From the human T2T-CHM13v2.0 reference genome, Homo sapiens, in the NCBI RefSeq assembly GCF_009914755.1, contig NC_060925.1: a stretch of 64,000 nucleotides of DNA; one strand, given 5' to 3'. Made by a program: the position numbers and the translations under genes. The stretch's first letter is position 1. Each line of letters opens with the position of its first letter. Positions 59,096 to 64,000 of the stretch are shown in pieces. The notes beneath the pieces were generated by a model. That model worked only from the letters and a program-made list of their open reading frames with translations, was not told where the DNA came from and did not search any database.

Positions 59096-60129
59096 CTATA
59101 TGATGATTGTAAAAGAGCCTAGGCCATTCCCACGTTTCTGAGTTTTCCAGCCTAGCCATGTTTGTGTCAGAGATGAAAGCCAGATGAGAAGAGGCTTTGA
59201 CTGGATGGGAGGTAAGGAGAATTGCCTCCTCCTTAGGCCTTCCTGGTTCCACAGAGAAAAGCTAAGAATCCCAGAATTCTAAATAATGATAGCCAACATT
59301 CACTGGATACATACATTAGCCAAGCTATTATAAGCACTTTACATGTATTATTTCATTATCGTAAAACAAGTCTATGAGGTCAGTATTTTATTGTCTCTGT
59401 TTCATAGATGAGCAAATGGAGACATTGAGGTTAAACCAACCTGCCCAGGGTAATGTAAGTAGTCAGGGGGAATTCAAGAAGTTTTCCAAGCTAAAAATAA
59501 TTTACAGATTAAATGGTGTCCATGACCATTAAATGCTTCACTTTAAACTCTAAAAAAGACAGAGACCAAACTCCTCTTCTTCACTACTCTATCTTCAGCA
59601 CCTCAAACAGTGCTGGGCATAGATACATGTGTTGGAGGAACATAACTCCATGTTGGATGGAAACTGGAATAAGTCAGTTTATATCACACTGCTCTGCACC
59701 AGGCACTTATGGAATGCTTTGCCCCGCCTCTGTCACTAGGTGATTCTGTCTAGGGTAGACATCTTTTTCATCATCTCTAATCCCTGTGTCTTTCACAATT
59801 TTGACCCATGATGGATGCTCAAAAATGAACAAAGCCTGGAAAGGCGTAAGTGATTATGTGAATTCGTTTCTCCATCACAGAACAACTTCCCCAGTACAAC
59901 ACAATTCTCCCTCTCTACACAAAACACAAAAGCTGCTATTCAGAAACTCCAAAGGCATGCATTTCAGTGTAATCAACAAGCAAACAACTGTATAACACGT
60001 TTATCTGCCAGTTGTTGTTCAAGGGACTTTCCATGTGTTAAGCAATTGGTTAGTAATAGAACATCTGTAGTAATTCTACAAAGCAAGTATTCTTCATTAT
60101 CATCCCATTTTACAGACTAAGAAATCAAA

Positions 60130-60505
60130 TGTTGTGGGCTGAATTATATGCTGCAATCCTAAACCAAATACCTCAGATGTGACTGTATTTGGAGATGAGT
60201 CCTTTAAAGAGGTAGCTAAGATTAAAAAAAAGAAAAAAGCCATTAGGGTGTGTCCTAATCTAATATGACTGGTGTCCTTTAAAGGAGTGATTAGGACAGG
60301 GACACATATACAGGGAAGACCATGTGAGGACATAGGGAGAACACAGCCAAGTGCAAGCCAGCAAGAGAGACTTCAGAGTGAAACTAACAATGCCAACATC
60401 TTGGTCTTGGCCTTCTAACCTCTAGAATGGCAAGGAAATAAAATTCTGTTGTTTAAGCCACACAGTCTGTGGACTTCGTTATGGTAGCCCTACCAAACTA
60501 ATACA
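60130..60505 (+). mobile_element. MLT1A/B-type MaLR solo LTR inserted in a MIR
   Basis: tgttgtgggctgaat...gtgactgtatttggagat...gttatggtagccctaccaaactaataca; MIR halves flank it. Confidence 0.9.
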
Positions 60506-60617
60506 CCAAGGCACAGAGTAACTTGCCTAAGCTTACATTGCCAGAAAACGTGAACTCAGAATCTGAACCCAGGGACTCTGGTTCCCGAGAATATGTATTT
60601 AATGATAAGAAATGTTC

Positions 60618-60780
60618 TCTGTGCTGTCCAATATGGTAGCCACTAGCCATATGTGGCTACTGAGCACATAATATGTGGCTAATGCAAATGAGGAGCTGAA
60701 TTTTTCATTTAATTTATATAAAAATAAAGTTAAAATTAAAACAACCCCATGTGGCTAGTGGCTACCATATGGACATAGCT
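60618..60780. mobile_element. MER3-type palindromic hAT MITE
   Basis: gtccaatatggtagccactagccatatg ... catgtggctagtggctaccatatggac inverted ends. Confidence 0.85.
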
Positions 60781-61567
60781 TTATACTATTTCTAAGTACA
60801 TCACTTAAGATTTTTGCAGAATTTTCTAGAAATCTCGTCTGTGCACTCTAAAAACATGCTCTATCTTTGTTCCGTATCCCTGCTGTATTTGATTTTATTT
60901 TATTTTTTTTGCAGTCCTTTCTGATTTAGCCCCCGTTGCCTGGTCTCCTGCTGAGGGGGAGAGGGAACAGGAAGAGTGAGTGAGCTGGCTAACTTCCAGA
61001 ATCCTGGGGCCTGGGCAGTGCAGGGTCGTTGGCGTTCTGCTCTAAGCTTAAGGTGTTAGCCAACCAAATGCCAAGCAGCACAAACACTGAGTGACATTTT
61101 CAGAACTATTAATATTTCATCAGAAATGATCACTTTTCCTTTAAATACACTATTTTAAAAGGTTTTCTACATTCTTAACTATAATTTTATTCAGTCTAGG
61201 CCCTCAGAATTTTCCCCAAAGGAACACATCTTCAATTTTGTAATGAAAATCAAAGGAGAATGAAGCTCAGATTTCAAAATTTAGAGTAAACATTTCCAGG
61301 AACTCAGCCCCTCTGTAAAGAGCAAGGTTGCGTATTGGGCACCTACTGTATACCAGGCACTTTACATACAGTATACCATTAATTCATCCAACACATATTT
61401 TTTGAGTGCCTACTATGTGCCAGAAACATGATCCTCATAATTTATTAACACCATTTTACAGAAAAGGAATTCCTCTCATCCTTCTCAAATTTTTCTCCTC
61501 AAAGAAGTCGGCCTGGACCACCATGGAATATTGCCTCCCCTCTTCTCCCCAGTGCCTCACTTTGTTA

Positions 61568-61647
61568 CTAGGTTGGTACAAAAGTAATTGTGGTTTTTGC
61601 CATTGCAAGTGATGGCAAAAACCGCAATTACTTTTGCACCAACCTAA
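61568..61647. mobile_element. MADE1 (Hsmar1 mariner MITE), intact 80 bp with TA target duplication
   Basis: ta|ctaggttggtacaaaagtaattgtggtttttgccatt gcaagt gatggcaaaaaccgcaattacttttgcaccaacctaa|ta. Confidence 0.96.
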
Positions 61648-62369
61648 TAGTTATTTTCCATCAGAGTCCCATTGCATCTGTAATTATTGCTGCTTTACTC
61701 GCTTGGCTGGTTTGCATCGATCTCTCCTCGCTAGTATACAGGCTCCAGGAGAGCAGGGACCATGCCATTTTTGCCCACCCTTATGCTTCTTCAGTGCCCA
61801 GCAACTCATCGGGCACAGAGGAGGGGTTGCATCAGTACTGGGGGAATTATGAATGGGGATGGGAGAAGTTCAGAAAGTTCTTAAGGTCACACAGCTCGGA
61901 AATGAGTGTCAGGATTCAACCCAGCCCTGCATTTATAGACTGCCATCTTCCTCTATTTGTGTCCATTCTTCTTTCTTCCGTCTCCACCCTCTTGCTTTTC
62001 CTTTTCAGGGGAATTGCTAGAGAAGCAACCCCCTGACTCTCGGAACCAGAAAGTCTCCCTCAGCAGAGGTACTGTGTCAGTGCCCAATTGAATGAAGCCG
62101 CTTCAGTGAGGGTAGGGGCCTGTTGATCAGCAAACAGCTAACTTAGCCCTTCTCCCTGCACCTCGGACCTCCTACTCCTGCTCCTACCCACCTACTGAAG
62201 CTGTCTCAGTGGTCAAGGGCTAGATCAGGCCTAGAGTGCTGGGGTCTGAGTCTCAGCTTCCCTTTTCTCAGGGGGCCTTGGACGCAATCCCTTATGACTT
62301 TGAGATTCGCTTTCCTCCCGTGTAGAACGATAATAAAAAGTGGTACTAATTTCACGAGCTTTAATAGGA

Positions 62370-63230
62370 TTGAATGTGAGCCCAGCGCTTGGCACAGGGC
62401 AAGCGCCCCATAAAATGGCAGTTAGGATTAAAATCGAGGTTGCCGGGGGACCCCCAGGCAGGAGCTGAGATTTGTGTGGAGCGGCGAAGTGGGGCGGCGG
62501 CGCGTTTGGCTTTGACTTCTGATCCCCCGAAGCGCTCTGGGGTCCTTTGGGCCCCACCCCCACCCACCCCACCGGCGGGTCTTGGGCTCCGAACCCAGGG
62601 CGCCCCGCGCACCGAGCCGTTGCGTTTGAAACCCACAGAAAGAATTCCCCCGCTCGACGACGGCGAGGGTGTGGGAGCTACTGGCAGGCAAATTGGTGGG
62701 AGCCGCCCGGCCCAGCCTGCCTTGCCGAGTCAGCGCGCTCTTGAGCCGCTGGGCCCTTCCCGGTGCCCGCCTGGCAGCGCGGCGCGGCTGGGGCAGGGGT
62801 CTGCTGGGGGCCGGGGACTAAGGGCTGTGGGCCCATCCACACACGCCTCATCCCTTCTTTCCGGGGGCAGCAGAGCAGCAGCGGGAGACCGGGAGCAGGA
62901 GGGGTAGGGCGAGAGAAAAGCAGGACCTGGGCCGGGGGTGGGAGTCGGGCCGTTGACGCTCGCTCTGCGAGGGGCTCCCTGGGAACGCCCAGGCGAGCGC
63001 CTCCTGCGGGGCCCCGCCCCCCGAGTGCCTACAATGGTGCCAGGCCCGCACCCAGTCCTCCGCGTGGCTTAGCGGGACAGCATGGGCTGAGCCCAGGCGC
63101 CGAAAGTTGTCACGGCGGCGTCGCAAGGGGGCAGTGCCAGGGACTGTGGGGAGAGCCAGCCCTCCCCTTCCAGCTGTTCCCAGATGTCATTCTGCCCGCC
63201 CAGGCGCCTGGTTCCTGAGCTCCGCAGCAT
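62370..63230. promoter_or_regulatory. CpG island / promoter and 5' UTR of the C1orf94 long isoform
   Basis: CpG-dense GC-rich block directly upstream of the C1orf94 coding exon; GC box ccccgccccc near 63012. Confidence 0.8.
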
Positions 63231-63489
63231 TCCACTGTTCCTAAGCTACTGGTTTTTGTTGACTTTTAAATATTTTCTTCTAAGGGAGAGGGGGAGGGAG
63301 GCAAAAGTCAGGAAAGAGCAAATAAAAACAAATCAAAATAAGCCCTCCCCTCCCCAAAAGAAAGCTGTCCTCCACCCACCCCTCCCACACAAATAGAAGG
63401 CCTCTGAACCTAACCACCTTGCTGGAGCGAAAGCCAGACAGAACTGACCCACTTCTGCCAAGCCCCATCCTCATCTCCCTTTCTGGTGA

Positions 63490-63809
63490 ATGAGGGGTGG
63501 TGGTGGTTGTGTTCTAGCCCTGGGTGGACAGAGGGGCTTCCAGAAAGAGAGGAGGAGGATGGCCAGCGGGAATGGGCTTCCTTCATCCTCGGCCCTGGTG
63601 GCCAAGGGCCCCTGCGCCCTGGGCCCATTCCCCAGATACATCTGGATCCACCAGGACACACCCCAAGACAGCCTAGACAAGACTTGCCATGAAATCTGGA
63701 AGAGAGTTCAAGGCCTGCCTGAGGCCTCACAGCCCTGGACCTCCATGGAGCAGCTCTCTGTCCCTGTGGTTGGAACTCTAAGAGGCAATGAGCTCAGCTT
63801 TCAAGAAGA
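63490..63809 (+). CDS. C1orf94: C1orf94 first coding exon, 320 nt, phase-2 donor
   Basis: ORF MRGGGGCVLALGGQRGFQKERRRMASGNGLPSSSALVAKGPCALGPFPRYIWIHQDTPQDSLDKTCHEIWKRVQG... recognised as C1orf94. Donor AGA|gtaagt at 63810; the ORF stop TAA lies inside the donor, i.e. it is intronic. Confidence 0.88.
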
Positions 63810-64000
63810 GTAAGTACCCCCCTACTCCATTGGCAGCAAGGGAGGAGGGAGGAGATGAAGTCTGACCTTCTGGGGGAATGTTCTGGCCCACTGTTGAGGC
63901 TGGTGAAACCCTAAAGGCTGTATATTGCCCCCTCCATGGTCCTTTGTCCAAGCTTTATAGAAGAGCTGACCAAAGTTCTGAAGTTTTGTGGGTGAAGAGT

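Noticed and set aside
59594-59614. RE1/NRSE-like sequence ttcagcacctcaaacagtgct
   Set aside because: Perfect left half but it lacks the critical GG of GGACAG; it sits in an L2-like remnant and is probably non-binding.

Overview
Human genomic DNA, recognised from translated exons as the head-to-head CSMD2 / C1orf94 locus on chr1p35. Positions 1 to ~50.6 kb are the promoter-proximal part of the very large first intron of CSMD2 (minus strand). This intron is filled with decayed retroelements: a near full-length L1M, about 15 Alus, L2 and MIR fragments, MER21/MLT2/MST/LTR16-type LTRs and hAT MITEs. A CpG island at ~48.7-52.8 kb carries two alternative coding first exons of CSMD2: 187 nt of CDS encoding a long signal peptide, and 67 nt encoding no signal peptide, both ending in phase 1. 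The same island probably holds a divergent non-coding first exon of C1orf94. A second CpG island at ~62.4-63.2 kb precedes the first coding exon of C1orf94 (plus strand, 320 nt of CDS). CSMD2 exon 2 is not in the window. I found no evidence of a wholly new multi-gene system; nearly all other ORFs in the track are repeat-derived or GC-rich artefacts. The best leads are: a promoter-level signal-peptide switch in CSMD2; candidate extra first exons (sense and antisense) in the CpG island; an intact MADE1 hairpin with miR-548-like arms and a perfect SETMAR site next to the C1orf94 promoter; a likely downstream start codon in C1orf94; and some non-B DNA and inverted-Alu structures. Gene identities, repeat subfamilies and miRNA sequences are from memory and were not database-checked. 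Boundaries of old repeats are approximate.
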